From IMG/VR virus record IMGVR_UViG_3300045988_152007, positions 1 through 60,474 of that record: a DNA stretch of 60,474 nucleotides; one strand, 5' to 3'. Positions 44,776-55,453 of this stretch are shown piece after piece. Below the pieces are notes generated by a model, which ran no database searches, had not been told where the DNA came from, and worked only from the letters and a program-made list of their open reading frames with translations. The stretch's first letter is position 1. Every line of letters starts with the position of its first letter. The DNA is from a virus. A program made the position numbers and the translations under genes.

Positions 44776-44817
44776 AATTTAATGACTCCTTTTATTTTTC
44801 CTTTATTTTATGTATAT

Positions 44818-44846
44818 ATTATATTATTTTATTTTAAAAATTTCAA
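44818..44846 (-). promoter_or_regulatory. sigma70-type promoter TTGAAA-N17-TATAAT (minus strand)
   Basis: Motif family member. Confidence 0.6.
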
Positions 44847-46490
44847 TTAAATCGCGATTGACCTATTGTAACTATAAAAACGCTCAGGATAACGACGAAT
44901 AGCATAAGTATAATCAGTAATTATAGTAGAATAAGGATCATTAGAAATTATCTTTTTAGCCTCTACATTTAAATCATCTTCTTCAATTAAAAGAGCCACC
45001 ATACCATAATAAGGACCGCCATCCAATCGAATTGTTTCAGCTCTAATATCAGTATCTCCAAGATACTTTAAATATTCTTTATTAGCAAGACATTCACTAC
45101 AAATATAATGTTCATCATAATCAATATTAATAGTTTGATTTTCAATATGTCCAACAAATACAGTAGTGAAATCTTCATCAAAATGAGCATCCTCACAGCA
45201 TAAGCATCTATGCAAATCATGATAACAATCTTCGCAAACCAATTCACCATCTACTTCAATTGCATCATTTGCATTAACTCGTTCGCCACAGCAATAACAA
45301 TAAGTGGGTGGATCACAGTCTTCACAAACCACCATTTCAGTATCATCAGACCAATAAGCATCCTCGCCGCAGCACATACAAGTCATTAAACCAGAATAAT
45401 TAATTGTAAATGTACGATATTTATTGTTTGGTGAATTAATTGAAAAAATTCCATAATTCTCTGTATTACCAAAATCATTATACATTTCATTTGTTGCAAA
45501 ATCCAACAGAAAATGATTATTCTTATCTTCTTTATCTTGCCAAGCTCCAATATAAGAGCAACTTTCCAAACTCTCTTGTGGCTTTTTTCTGTTATAACGC
45601 CATTCAGTTTTTTCTTCAACCAAATCAACAAGCCAATTTACAAGAGCTTTATCAAATGCAATATTATAATAAGGATAAGATTTTACAGAACAAATAGCAT
45701 TCGGATGGACAATAATTAATTCTCTCCAGCTTTTAGAAGTCCATTCAATAGAAGTGTTTGCTGGATAATAAGGTTTAGTAGTAATATATGCTATAACAAC
45801 TAATGGACTATTCATCATCTCAATAGTACCAGCACGATAACTTCCTGGTCCTTGAGTCCAGTTCATACAACTTTCCCATCCATTTGCATTATCGCTCATA
45901 GTCATATAATCCAAAGGATGAATAGATAGAGTAAATTTGATTTTAGATTTGCGTACTTCGGTAATACGTGAAATATGATTGCGGAAAATTTCAAAATCAG
46001 GTAAATCAAATTCTTTAGCCATTTTTTGAAGAACTTTCATTACCTTGGCTCCTTCTGGAACTTTAACTGCCTTACCATCTTTATTATGATAAATAAATCC
46101 TTTAGCAACTCTATTAGTAAAAAGTTGATAAGCTTGAATTAAATTATATATTGCATGTTTTGTTGCATAACTATCGTCAAAATAAATATTATTAAGCTCA
46201 AATAACTTACGAAGATTCTTAATAAAATTAATACCAGGATTAAAACTATAGAGATATTCACTAACTTCTCTTATTTTTTTATTATCTCCATCTTCAACCT
46301 GGATTTCCTTCTCCAGCATTAACTTTTCACCAAAAATATCAAACAGAGTTTGCTTACTCTTATTCCATTCTCGAAGGATATAATCAAGAGGGGCTTTAAG
46401 TTTAACGGGGGAATTAATGCCACCCCATTTTTCAATATATTCAGTAATATATTTCTTATCTTGGGCCGTTAATGCTTCATAAGGTGTCAT
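44847..46490 (-). CDS. paralog family B protein (547 aa)
   Basis: ORF track; SIHPLDYMTMSDNANGWESCMNW motif plus C-terminal CxxC repeats. Confidence 0.7.
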   Translation of the reverse strand: MTPYEALTAQDKKYITEYIEKWGGINSPVKLKAPLDYILREWNKSKQTLFDIFGEKLMLEKEIQVEDGDNKKIREVSEYLYSFNPGINFIKNLRKLFELNNIYFDDSYATKHAIYNLIQAYQLFTNRVAKGFIYHNKDGKAVKVPEGAKVMKVLQKMAKEFDLPDFEIFRNHISRITEVRKSKIKFTLSIHPLDYMTMSDNANGWESCMNWTQGPGSYRAGTIEMMNSPLVVIAYITTKPYYPANTSIEWTSKSWRELIIVHPNAICSVKSYPYYNIAFDKALVNWLVDLVEEKTEWRYNRKKPQESLESCSYIGAWQDKEDKNNHFLLDFATNEMYNDFGNTENYGIFSINSPNNKYRTFTINYSGLMTCMCCGEDAYWSDDTEMVVCEDCDPPTYCYCCGERVNANDAIEVDGELVCEDCYHDLHRCLCCEDAHFDEDFTTVFVGHIENQTINIDYDEHYICSECLANKEYLKYLGDTDIRAETIRLDGGPYYGMVALLIEEDDLNVEAKKIISNDPYSTIITDYTYAIRRYPERFYSYNRSIAI

Positions 46491-46550
46491 GATTATTTAC
46501 TCCCTTTATTTTTTCTATAAATATTTTATAATATTTTTTTATAAAAATAA

Positions 46551-46586
46551 AAAAGGGATAAAGAATCAAATCTTTATCCCTTTTTT
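46551..46586 (-). terminator. hairpin AAAAGGGATAAAGA...TCTTTATCCCTTTTTT
   Basis: Stem plus T-run downstream of gene 46595..47095. Confidence 0.55.
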
Positions 46587-46594
46587 ATCTATGT

Positions 46595-47095
46595 TTAATT
46601 ATCTTTTGTCTGATTATATGTCACAATAGGTTCACAAACGAAGCAACACATAGCACAAGAAACTTTAACAGCTTCTTCTGAATCATGTCCAAGATGAAGG
46701 GCTGTCAAAGCATAAGGAGCACCAGCACCGATGGCATAATAATCTTTAATTTCTCTAACCAAATATCCACAAATCTGAAAAAGATGACCTCCAAAAGCCA
46801 TTAAATAACTATTCTTAATATCACGAGTATTAGCAATATCGCCTTTCCATTTACCAAATTCAGCAAAATAATTAAGAATTTCTCTCTCTGTAGCATTAAG
46901 CGGCTGATGATTTTCCATATATAGCCACATAAGGCTACATTCATCTGCATTACCAACACTACCAACAATCATATCATTTAAAGAAATAATTTTAGTAAAG
47001 TTAGTATTGGGGTCTTTTTCCCATCCATTAGTTAAAATACTATCTGCAGACATTTGAATATTATTATCATATACCTTCGCGGCAACTACGCTCAT
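46595..47095 (-). CDS. HslV/proteasome-beta-like Ntn-hydrolase family protein
   Basis: ORF track 166 aa; AIGAGAPYALTA and VGSVGNADE resemble the HslV motifs AIGSGGPYA and GFAGGTADA. Confidence 0.45.
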   Translation of the reverse strand: MSVVAAKVYDNNIQMSADSILTNGWEKDPNTNFTKIISLNDMIVGSVGNADECSLMWLYMENHQPLNATEREILNYFAEFGKWKGDIANTRDIKNSYLMAFGGHLFQICGYLVREIKDYYAIGAGAPYALTALHLGHDSEEAVKVSCAMCCFVCEPIVTYNQTKDN

Positions 47096-47120
47096 TTTAT
47101 ATTACCTCATTTAATATTAT

Positions 47121-47709
47121 TTTATTTATAAATTGTTCCCTTTAACAAATCGGGTAATTCATTATTAAGAACTTCTTTCCACCCAATTATATTACCTTCA
47201 AAACCTTCAAGGTCTTTGAAATTGCCAGTTGGGCAAGTTTGACTAATCTTACTATCTACAACAAGCTCAATTAATTCATCACAAATAATACCGTGAATTA
47301 AATCCCAGTTTTTTGTATGGCGGTCTTGCTTTTCATCAGCTTTAACGACCTTAATCTCTGAACCATCTTCACAAATAAAAATCCATTTTGAACCAATCTT
47401 ACCGAAATACCTTCCAAGAGCACAAGCAGTATAGCCATCATCAGTAGCTAATGTGCCGTTCTCCTAAATGGTTAAATAATTATGAATTAAATCCCATTGA
47501 GGACTATCAGTAGATGTAATATCAGTCCACCATTCAAAGGGTTTATTAGTATGGTCGATTCCGCAATTACAATATTCTGTAGGACCGTATTCGATTTCTG
47601 ACCTGCTTCCGCCATCAGCACTATAACTTTTTATGTTAAAAGCATTTACTGGCATCATCATTAAAGCAACCATAGCGATTACAAGAATGACATTTAAGAA
47701 TTTTCGCAT
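47121..47709 (-). CDS. secreted hypothetical protein (signal peptide), one TAG
   Basis: ORF 47464..47709 (MRKFLNVILVIAMVALMMMPVNA) ends in TAG and continues to TAA ~47121. Confidence 0.5.
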
Positions 47710-47802
47710 ATTAATTCTCCTTCAATATAAAATAAATAACTAGTAAATAATACTATATTTCATATGAAAAGTCAAATTTAATAGCTAAAAAGAATTGACC
47801 AC

Positions 47803-48582
47803 TCAAAAGCGGTCAATATTATTTACAGCATCATCCATTTTATCATGCCAGAGGAAAATATCTTCCAAAGGGTCGATACAATTAAAAAAGATAATATTAT
47901 GCTTATTAATAAATCTATCACAATGATAATGACCAAAGAGCCATACATCATATGTAATCATATTCTTAATTTCTTCAAGCCATTCTTCCATAGAAGTATC
48001 TACGGTAGATTGATCTACTATTGAAAGGAATTTATCAACTGGCCTAAGAGAATAAGGGCAGGTGTGTGATAGTACAAGATCAAAATGCTTATTAGTTTGT
48101 CGAATAAGCATTTCAGCATCAACTTTTTCTTTATTATTTAATTGTTCATCTTCCCACCAAAGCAAATTGTTTTTAAGACGATAATATTTATCAACAGAAT
48201 AAGCACCACCAATAACTAATGTACGATATTCTCTATCTTCGGTTTTAAGATAATAAATCCCGTAATTATCAAAATATCTAATCAGAGGGTGAGTCGGCTC
48301 ATACCATACATTAGCCTGAACATTGCTATCCCAAACACGCTCCATACCTTCAACGTTTTCAGGACGTACTTCATGATTGCCATGCACGCAATAAATAAAA
48401 TATCCAAACTGGCTTGCATATTCTTTCTTCATATTATCTCTGAATGCACTACCAGTATTAAAACCGCAGTCTCCAAGGATAATAATTGCGTAGTCTTTTG
48501 GATTTAAAATTCTAAACATTCTTGCATTAAGCCATGTGAAATCACCATGACAATCGCCTCTAATCAGATAGTCCTTGAACAT
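47803..48582 (-). CDS. calcineurin-like metallophosphoesterase
   Basis: ORF track 259 aa; motifs GDCHGD, GDCG, GNHE. Confidence 0.7.
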   Translation of the reverse strand: MFKDYLIRGDCHGDFTWLNARMFRILNPKDYAIIILGDCGFNTGSAFRDNMKKEYASQFGYFIYCVHGNHEVRPENVEGMERVWDSNVQANVWYEPTHPLIRYFDNYGIYYLKTEDREYRTLVIGGAYSVDKYYRLKNNLLWWEDEQLNNKEKVDAEMLIRQTNKHFDLVLSHTCPYSLRPVDKFLSIVDQSTVDTSMEEWLEEIKNMITYDVWLFGHYHCDRFINKHNIIFFNCIDPLEDIFLWHDKMDDAVNNIDRF

Positions 48583-48595
48583 TGAAGTTCCCTCC

Positions 48596-48787
48596 TTACG
48601 TATTTTCTTCTTTAGCCAGCTCTTCCTTTAATTTTTCTACTTTTTCTATAACTGCACTAAGCACAACAGCTTGAGCCCCAAATCTGGTAAAATGTTCAGT
48701 CAACCATTTACCAAGATCATCAAAATTGTTTTCAATTTCTTCAATATCTCGACTATCAATTTCAATAGTCATATTATCTTCAGACAT
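48596..48787 (-). CDS. small acidic hypothetical protein (63 aa)
   Basis: ORF track. Confidence 0.45.
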   Translation of the reverse strand: MSEDNMTIEIDSRDIEEIENNFDDLGKWLTEHFTRFGAQAVVLSAVIEKVEKLKEELAKEENT

Positions 48788-49595
48788 TTAACATTTCCTT
48801 TACAATTCTTTTTTTCATAATAAGATAAACAATCTTATTCATAAAATCTTCAAGTTCTTCATTACCTTCATCCTTGGTCTTAGAACAATAATCATCAGCT
48901 ACTCTTGTAATATTATTAATAGCAGTATTTGCTACAATTCGTGCAGTTTCAAGATCATAGTGATAATTTTTTACAGCAAGAAGATAATCACCCCTTGGTG
49001 CCTGAAGACAATCAGCATACTTAACCTCATCAATATAACGTCCAAGATACTGTTCGATACGAAGCAAATGCATAAGCTGCTTACTATCATAACCATATGT
49101 ATCAATCAGATGAGTTTTAGTAGGATATCTATGCTCCATTGCATGATATTTTTCCATAGCAATACCCTTCATTGTCTTAACTGCCTTGTAAGGATTATAA
49201 CGTGCAATAGCTTCACGCTCATTAAGCAGTGCCTGCCACTCATTCCAATACACGCTTGATGCCATTTTATAAGGTGTGAAGATACATTCAAGATATGCCA
49301 TATTCTGTTTCTTCAAACAATCAATGAACAAACGAATATCTTTAAAATCAATGTGTTCATCATTAGGAAGAATTTTGGTATAAGACACTGGCTTTTTATT
49401 CAATACAATATCTTCAAATGAAGGAAGAACAATAAGCCGGGTATCTACATCAGACAATTGAGTATCAAGACCATAGTTCTGGCTACCATAAGCCATTAAG
49501 CTAACCCAATTTTCTCCTCTGACATTAACTGCTTCTAAATGAGTTTCTACTTTATCCATAACCCATTTATCTAAATGGTAATTCATAATTATCAA
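48780..49595 (-). CDS. nucleotidyltransferase-fold protein (Pol-beta superfamily)
   Basis: ORF track 271 aa; GS...DVD motif (AYGSQNYGLDTQLSDVDTRLIV). Confidence 0.55.
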   Translation of the reverse strand: MIIMNYHLDKWVMDKVETHLEAVNVRGENWVSLMAYGSQNYGLDTQLSDVDTRLIVLPSFEDIVLNKKPVSYTKILPNDEHIDFKDIRLFIDCLKKQNMAYLECIFTPYKMASSVYWNEWQALLNEREAIARYNPYKAVKTMKGIAMEKYHAMEHRYPTKTHLIDTYGYDSKQLMHLLRIEQYLGRYIDEVKYADCLQAPRGDYLLAVKNYHYDLETARIVANTAINNITRVADDYCSKTKDEGNEELEDFMNKIVYLIMKKRIVKEMLNV

Positions 49596-49599
49596 CTCC

Positions 49600-49845
49600 T
49601 TAAATCATTGAAAACTGTTCATCTTCAAAAATTCCTTCATATACAAATCCAATAGTATCAGAATAAACATTATCAATGGCATCGTATTCTCGCACGTGTG
49701 AATAGCCCCAATAATATCTACTCTCTCCTGCGGCTTTGCGAATAATTTGATTGGCATGTTCAGCATCAAGGGCAGCAACTAGACTAAATCCATGCCACCC
49801 TACCTGTGGTTCAATCAGATACACCTTACATTTATATTCAGTCAT
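49600..49845 (-). CDS. hypothetical protein (81 aa)
   Basis: ORF track. Confidence 0.5.
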   Translation of the reverse strand: MTEYKCKVYLIEPQVGWHGFSLVAALDAEHANQIIRKAAGESRYYWGYSHVREYDAIDNVYSDTIGFVYEGIFEDEQFSMI

Positions 49846-49847
49846 AC

Positions 49848-50078
49848 TTATTCCTCTACAAAATGAATAATTAAATCATAACCTTCTTCCGTTTCAACCA
49901 TTTCATATGGATGATGAAGATCAATTTTATATCCATCTCGCTTTTGAATTTCAACACCTTGAGAACCAATAGCATCAGGGAAAATACGAATCCTATTAGA
50001 AGTATAATTCCAAGAGGAAATAAGAATCATTCCGGCAGCTATAATCAATAGGATTGTTATAACACACTTTTTAATCAT
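49848..50078 (-). CDS. small membrane protein (76 aa)
   Basis: ORF track; hydrophobic N-terminal segment. Confidence 0.5.
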   Translation of the reverse strand: MIKKCVITILLIIAAGMILISSWNYTSNRIRIFPDAIGSQGVEIQKRDGYKIDLHHPYEMVETEEGYDLIIHFVEE

Positions 50079-50316
50079 TTGCAGTCATATCCTTCCATGT
50101 ACAAGTATTAAGCCAGTATCGTGTCTGATTACTACCATCTTTAGAACTCGCCGCTAGCCCCTGACCGATGAGGCCACGCATAACACCTGAAACCCCTTGT
50201 GATGTAATATCAAAATCATACTTACGCTTTGCGAACGCTGAAATTTGCTTTGCAGTAAGAGTGCCGCTTTCTTTAAGAATTTTAATTACCATTTCTTTTT
50301 TTCCCATTACATCCAA
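50071..50316 (-). CDS. hypothetical protein (81 aa)
   Basis: ORF track. Confidence 0.5.
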   Translation of the reverse strand: MDVMGKKEMVIKILKESGTLTAKQISAFAKRKYDFDITSQGVSGVMRGLIGQGLAASSKDGSNQTRYWLNTCTWKDMTAND

Positions 50317-50762
50317 TCCTCGCTTACCCTTTCATTAACCGGTCTGACTACATTAAGTTCAATAGGTTCCCAATTGTAATCAGCCCAGTGAAGCCAATCA
50401 GTTGCTGTCCATTTATTATGTTCTTCAACTAACTTATCTATTTTCTTCATTTGGCAGTTACAATCAATGACAATACGTTCATATTTCTTATATTGTTTCT
50501 TGGCGTCTTTGTATTCAGGATTTTCCTTACCCACCTGAAGGATGGGAAGATATTTATTCATGTCCTGAATTGCTTCATGGCGTTTAGTTTCGTATCGAGC
50601 TTTTTCAGCTTTGAGAGTTTCAAAATGATTATGAATGCTACTTTGCATTAGAGTTGAATGAAACAACTCTTCAAGATAATCATTCAACTTATCTTCAGTA
50701 AGATAACCAAGCTTCTGCTCTTCATAATAAGGACCATATGTTAGTCTATAAATGCGTTCCAT
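50307..50762 (-). CDS. hypothetical protein (151 aa)
   Basis: ORF track. Confidence 0.55.
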   Translation of the reverse strand: MERIYRLTYGPYYEEQKLGYLTEDKLNDYLEELFHSTLMQSSIHNHFETLKAEKARYETKRHEAIQDMNKYLPILQVGKENPEYKDAKKQYKKYERIVIDCNCQMKKIDKLVEEHNKWTATDWLHWADYNWEPIELNVVRPVNERVSEDWM

Positions 50763-50841
50763 ATCTCTCCCATCCTTTCTATATATATTATATCAAATTT
50801 TTTATAAATTTTCGAGTATTCAATTTTGGCAAGAATTTAAA

Positions 50842-52506
50842 CTAAACATAATCATCAGGATAAGTCGCCTTTAGCCGCATCTTGGCATCAGCAATTCTTT
50901 CAAGGGACAGAAATGGCTCCCATACCTTTTTATCTGCCTTGTCAACATCAATATACTGAAAATCGCCCCACAAGTCTGGCTCCTTCGGTGCATCACCAAA
51001 ATCATAATCTTCATAACAATCATCACAGACATCAATGGGATTTCCAACATCACGACGATGCTTACCATTAGGAGTTTTTACTTCAAACATATAGGGAAGA
51101 GCCTGCTTCTTGAAATCATAATCAAGCCATTTAGTTTCTCCGCAACAGCTACAAGTCTGAGTGCGGCCATCTGCACACCAGCTACAATAAGTTGCACCGT
51201 CCCCTTCACAGAACCAAGCATCTTCACTATCAATCCAAGAGCCACAATCATCACACTGGACTTTGCCTTCACAGGTTGCACATACGACTTTATCACATTC
51301 TACAAATGCATCTACATTTCCACTCGGATCAGCTTCATAGCCTTTACCGCAGCACATACATTCAGCTACACCAGAATAGTAAACTTCTACTTCTTTTACT
51401 TCTGGATTGATATAAGCATAATGATTATCATAATAATCATTATACATAGCTCCAGTTCTCATGCGGATATAAACCTGACCAAAATCAGTATCATTGCTCT
51501 GATTCTGCCAAACCTCATACATCTTATCGTCGTAATGCCAGCCCATATTCTGTTCAGCTAACTGCTTAATTTTATTCAGCACATAATCACGCAGATAAAT
51601 ATTGTTATAAGGATACTGCTTAATTTCAGTGATAATATCCTTATTAACAATATAAAGACACCGCCAACGCTTATTACTCCAAGTTCTTTTGTCACGGTCA
51701 ATAGGACAATAAGGATGCTCGGATTCAACATATGCTTCAAGGATGACAGGAGAATTCATCATTTCAACAGTGCCAAGACGATAATCACCGCCCTGATACC
51801 AGTTCATACAACTCTCCCAATCACAAGCATTATCACTCATAGTAAGATAATCAAGCGGATGAATAGAGAGTACAATATCAGCATTAATCATACGATCATT
51901 CAAAACACGCGAATGAAGAATACGAAACTGCTCAAATGCTTCTTTATCCAGCTCAAACCAATCGACAATTTTAGCCATCATTCGCATCAGCTTCATATCA
52001 CTCTTCAACTCAAGCGGCTTCGAAGTATCTGCATGCGGACCACGGCGAATAACAACAGATTTGCGACCCCAATCAAACATATATACATTTTTATTGGCTA
52101 CGAGAGATTCACTATCAAGGCAATGGTCAATCATGCTACAACAATTAACACGTTCATCTTTATCAAGAGTGGTATCCATCCAAGAATAATAAATATTAGT
52201 AATTTGCTCGTAAGAATCAATGAATTTTTTGACGTTTGCTAATTCAGGATTATTATAAATTTCTTCATACATTTCACCGAATTTATCCATCAAATCATCT
52301 CCAGATGCCTGATAGGAAATATGGTCTTCGACCATCAAATTATTACCAAGCAACTCATACAGGTCAGGCTTTTCAGCAGCCCAAAACCGCAGAAGATGAT
52401 TAATTTCATCTACAGTGCAGTAATTATCAGAATGAAGGTACTCTTTAATATAATCATGCAGCAGATTCTTTTCTTCTTCTGGAATGAGTGTCCTCAAATC
52501 TGTCAT
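50842..52506 (-). CDS. paralog family B protein (554 aa)
   Basis: ORF track; SIHPLDYLTMSDNACDWESCMNW motif plus C-terminal CxxC repeats. Confidence 0.7.
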   Translation of the reverse strand: MTDLRTLIPEEEKNLLHDYIKEYLHSDNYCTVDEINHLLRFWAAEKPDLYELLGNNLMVEDHISYQASGDDLMDKFGEMYEEIYNNPELANVKKFIDSYEQITNIYYSWMDTTLDKDERVNCCSMIDHCLDSESLVANKNVYMFDWGRKSVVIRRGPHADTSKPLELKSDMKLMRMMAKIVDWFELDKEAFEQFRILHSRVLNDRMINADIVLSIHPLDYLTMSDNACDWESCMNWYQGGDYRLGTVEMMNSPVILEAYVESEHPYCPIDRDKRTWSNKRWRCLYIVNKDIITEIKQYPYNNIYLRDYVLNKIKQLAEQNMGWHYDDKMYEVWQNQSNDTDFGQVYIRMRTGAMYNDYYDNHYAYINPEVKEVEVYYSGVAECMCCGKGYEADPSGNVDAFVECDKVVCATCEGKVQCDDCGSWIDSEDAWFCEGDGATYCSWCADGRTQTCSCCGETKWLDYDFKKQALPYMFEVKTPNGKHRRDVGNPIDVCDDCYEDYDFGDAPKEPDLWGDFQYIDVDKADKKVWEPFLSLERIADAKMRLKATYPDDYV

Positions 52507-52571
52507 TTTAATTCACCTTTTCCCTTTAATTTATATATATATTTTATAATATTTTTTTATAAAAATAAAAT

Positions 52572-52593
52572 AAGGAGCCTTTAACAAGGCTCC
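52572..52593 (-). terminator. hairpin AGGAGCC-TTTAACAA-GGCTCCT
   Basis: Seen directly; downstream end of gene ..53504. Confidence 0.45.
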
Positions 52594-53504
52594 TATAAAA
52601 GTAAATCATCTATTGTTAAATCTTTATATTTCGTATATGGTATTCTAATTAATGGAATATTATTATCTCTACACCATTGAGTTTTTATATTGTCTCTATA
52701 TTGCATATCATCTATTGACTCTCCCCAATTTTTTGTAGGAGCATCTATAGAATGCTATATTCCATCATATTCAATTAAATATTTATTATCAATAAAAAAA
52801 TCAAATCTTAATTTTTTATTAGTTTTAGGATTAATACAATCATCAAAACTCTTTTCTCTTACATAAGGGATATGATATTCTTCTAATATCTATTGTATTT
52901 TTAATTCTCCATGAGATATTTTTAAACATCCACAAGATTGAGTGTCACCGCTACTTAAATGACTTCCTCTCACTGAAACTATATTACCACAATCACATTG
53001 ACAAATCCAATATTTAATTTTAGGAATTGATTTTTCTGTATCTAATTTTATAACAGTTAATAATCCAAACCTTTTACCTACTAAATTAACAGTAGATGTT
53101 TCAGAAGTTCTTTCTTTCTAATAGCATCCGCAAGATTTAGTATGACCTGTATTTAAATGATTTGTATTTACTATCACTTTATTACCACATTTACATTGAC
53201 ATTCCCATAAGGCACTATTAGGCATACGTCGTAAAACAGTTAAATATCCATAAACTTTTCCAGTTAAATCTTCAGATTGATTAGCCTCTCTTGTTTTTTC
53301 TCTTTGTAAACAACCACAAGACTATGTAGGTTTAGCTCTATTTAAAGAAGCACTTGATATATCAAGTTCATTACCGCAATCGCATTTACAATGCCATAGA
53401 ATACGATTATAACTATTTTTTTTACCCGTATCATATTCTACTAACAATCTACCAAATCTTTTTCCAGTTAAATCTTTCTTTGCTGGCATATAAAAATCCT
53501 CCAT
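52581..53504 (-). CDS. free-standing endonuclease-like protein: three W.C.C.CGN...SCGC zinc-binding modules plus a C-terminal Vsr/DUF559-like EYDG.QH domain; in-frame TAGs; 3' end uncertain
   Basis: ORF 53322..53504 ends in TAG and the frame continues; repeats were hand-translated. Confidence 0.45.
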
Positions 53505-53556
53505 AGTTAAAAAGTAAAATTATCTTCTACACTTTTTAACTATGGAGATAAATTAA

Positions 53557-55173
53557 TTAATTAGTCTTACCCGGAAAATTATTCATCATAAGCATCGGCA
53601 GAAGCCAATCTTTATCACCATCAGCCTTATCCGACATAAGATAGAGCATCATAGGATTAAAACCGGTCATACCATTTGCACCATTCATAAGCAGCATCAT
53701 AGGAAGAATATCTTTCATGGACTTATTATTGTCATCAAGAAGAGTAAACATCCACATATTGCCCAGAGGGTTGTCTTTAGAAGGAGGAGCCATCATATTA
53801 TCAAAAAGGCTTACAATTTTAGTAATAAAACTAAAATTACCAAAAGGAGACTTTGTAGGCATAATAGTCTTCTTTTCACCCATTGCAATATCAATTGCAA
53901 TTACATCACCCTGCTCGGAGAAACCAAAGACAAAACACGGACGTCTGTTGAAAATAATCACATCACCAGCTTCAATGGCGTCAATGCCAACAGGCATCTT
54001 GAAGAACATATTATCAGCCTTAAAGTTGAAAATATCAACATCCATAATCTCGCCATTCTTCTTATCATAAGCCTGATATGTGCCATTAACATTCTTAACC
54101 GCCAGACCATACGGCGACATACGAACAGCATCATTATCCTTAATCGGACCAAAATCAAAATTAAACATCTTCATATTATTTCCTTTACCTTTCACATCAT
54201 CATTGTTTGTTTCAAGTTTATTAATTCTTTCTTCCATTGTATCAATACGGCTAGTTAAACTATCACAGATTGAAACAGTAGCTGTAGTATATGGATTATA
54301 AGTAATACCAGAATCACCATTAACTTCAATAGTTTTCCCTATAACACTTTCGCCAGTAATAGAACTAGCTGTAGAAGCGGTTGGACGATATCCCCAATCT
54401 ATACTAACAGACGCAGTAGAAGCTGTTTCATCTTTAATATCCAATTTAGCTGGATCAATAGGGCTAACATTAATAGTTGCCGTATCAGAAAATGTGGTAT
54501 TTTTTACTTTATCTACATTTTCATATACTTTATTAAGCCATTCAGTATTTTCGTTAATTTTATTATAACAATTATTAAGAATCTCAGTAGTCTTATTAAA
54601 TTCGCAATTGAGCTTCTTTATATCTTTTTTTACATCATTAAAAATCGCTTGACCAGTTGTACCCTCCACCGCGGGATTAAGTGCCCAATTAATAGCACGC
54701 CAACCGATGCCGTCCTCTGAACTATAAGCTCCTAAATTAGTTAAGCCAAATAGCCTATAATCATCTACCTTTTCATCAGCTTCTACCCAATCAAAATAAT
54801 CATAGAACAACATATCGGCCAAATATGTACCAAATGAATAATCATCTTCAGAAGTATTATACTTCTTATCAGTACCTACCATTCTAAAATTATCTGAATC
54901 TTTTAAATACTTAAATTCCTGAATATGGACTATAGTAGGAGCAAGACAGGTATTATTAATCTCAAACCATACTACCTTATAGTCTCCATCCATTAAATGG
55001 AGAACTTTCCAATCAGTATAAAGCAGTTTATTATAAGCTCCGGCTTTAACATTTTTGTTAAAATCATCTAGTAACTTTTCCCAGGCTTCTTTATTATAAA
55101 CTTTGGCATCATAGACTGGACTATAAGTTCTTTTCTTGTCCATCGGCCATATGTCTTTTAAATAAGCTTTCAT
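53557..55173 (-). CDS. hypothetical protein (538 aa) with a Met-rich C-terminus
   Basis: ORF track. Confidence 0.65.
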   Translation of the reverse strand: MKAYLKDIWPMDKKRTYSPVYDAKVYNKEAWEKLLDDFNKNVKAGAYNKLLYTDWKVLHLMDGDYKVVWFEINNTCLAPTIVHIQEFKYLKDSDNFRMVGTDKKYNTSEDDYSFGTYLADMLFYDYFDWVEADEKVDDYRLFGLTNLGAYSSEDGIGWRAINWALNPAVEGTTGQAIFNDVKKDIKKLNCEFNKTTEILNNCYNKINENTEWLNKVYENVDKVKNTTFSDTATINVSPIDPAKLDIKDETASTASVSIDWGYRPTASTASSITGESVIGKTIEVNGDSGITYNPYTTATVSICDSLTSRIDTMEERINKLETNNDDVKGKGNNMKMFNFDFGPIKDNDAVRMSPYGLAVKNVNGTYQAYDKKNGEIMDVDIFNFKADNMFFKMPVGIDAIEAGDVIIFNRRPCFVFGFSEQGDVIAIDIAMGEKKTIMPTKSPFGNFSFITKIVSLFDNMMAPPSKDNPLGNMWMFTLLDDNNKSMKDILPMMLLMNGANGMTGFNPMMLYLMSDKADGDKDWLLPMLMMNNFPGKTN

Positions 55174-55394
55174 CCTCGACTATACATCTCCCATACCATA
55201 TCTTCTTCGGCAGGTGTGATATCCTCAATCCCGCACTCTTCACACATAATATTAAAATTTTCCTCAACATACCATCGAGGATTTTCTTGCATCTTACGTA
55301 CCAGAGTATTAATACATCCAGTACGAGTGTTTACCATTCCAGTACCCTCTGCTTCATTCATGAACAGAAAATAACTATCATCAAAACCAAACAT
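55170..55394 (-). CDS. hypothetical protein (74 aa)
   Basis: ORF track. Confidence 0.5.
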   Translation of the reverse strand: MFGFDDSYFLFMNEAEGTGMVNTRTGCINTLVRKMQENPRWYVEENFNIMCEECGIEDITPAEEDMVWEMYSRG

Positions 55395-55422
55395 ATTAAT
55401 TACTCCTTATCTTTATATATAA

Positions 55423-55451
55423 ATTATATAATATTTTTTTATTTTTTTCAA
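55423..55451 (-). promoter_or_regulatory. sigma70-type promoter TTGAAA-N17-TATAAT (minus strand)
   Basis: Motif family member. Confidence 0.6.
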
Positions 55452-55453
55452 AT

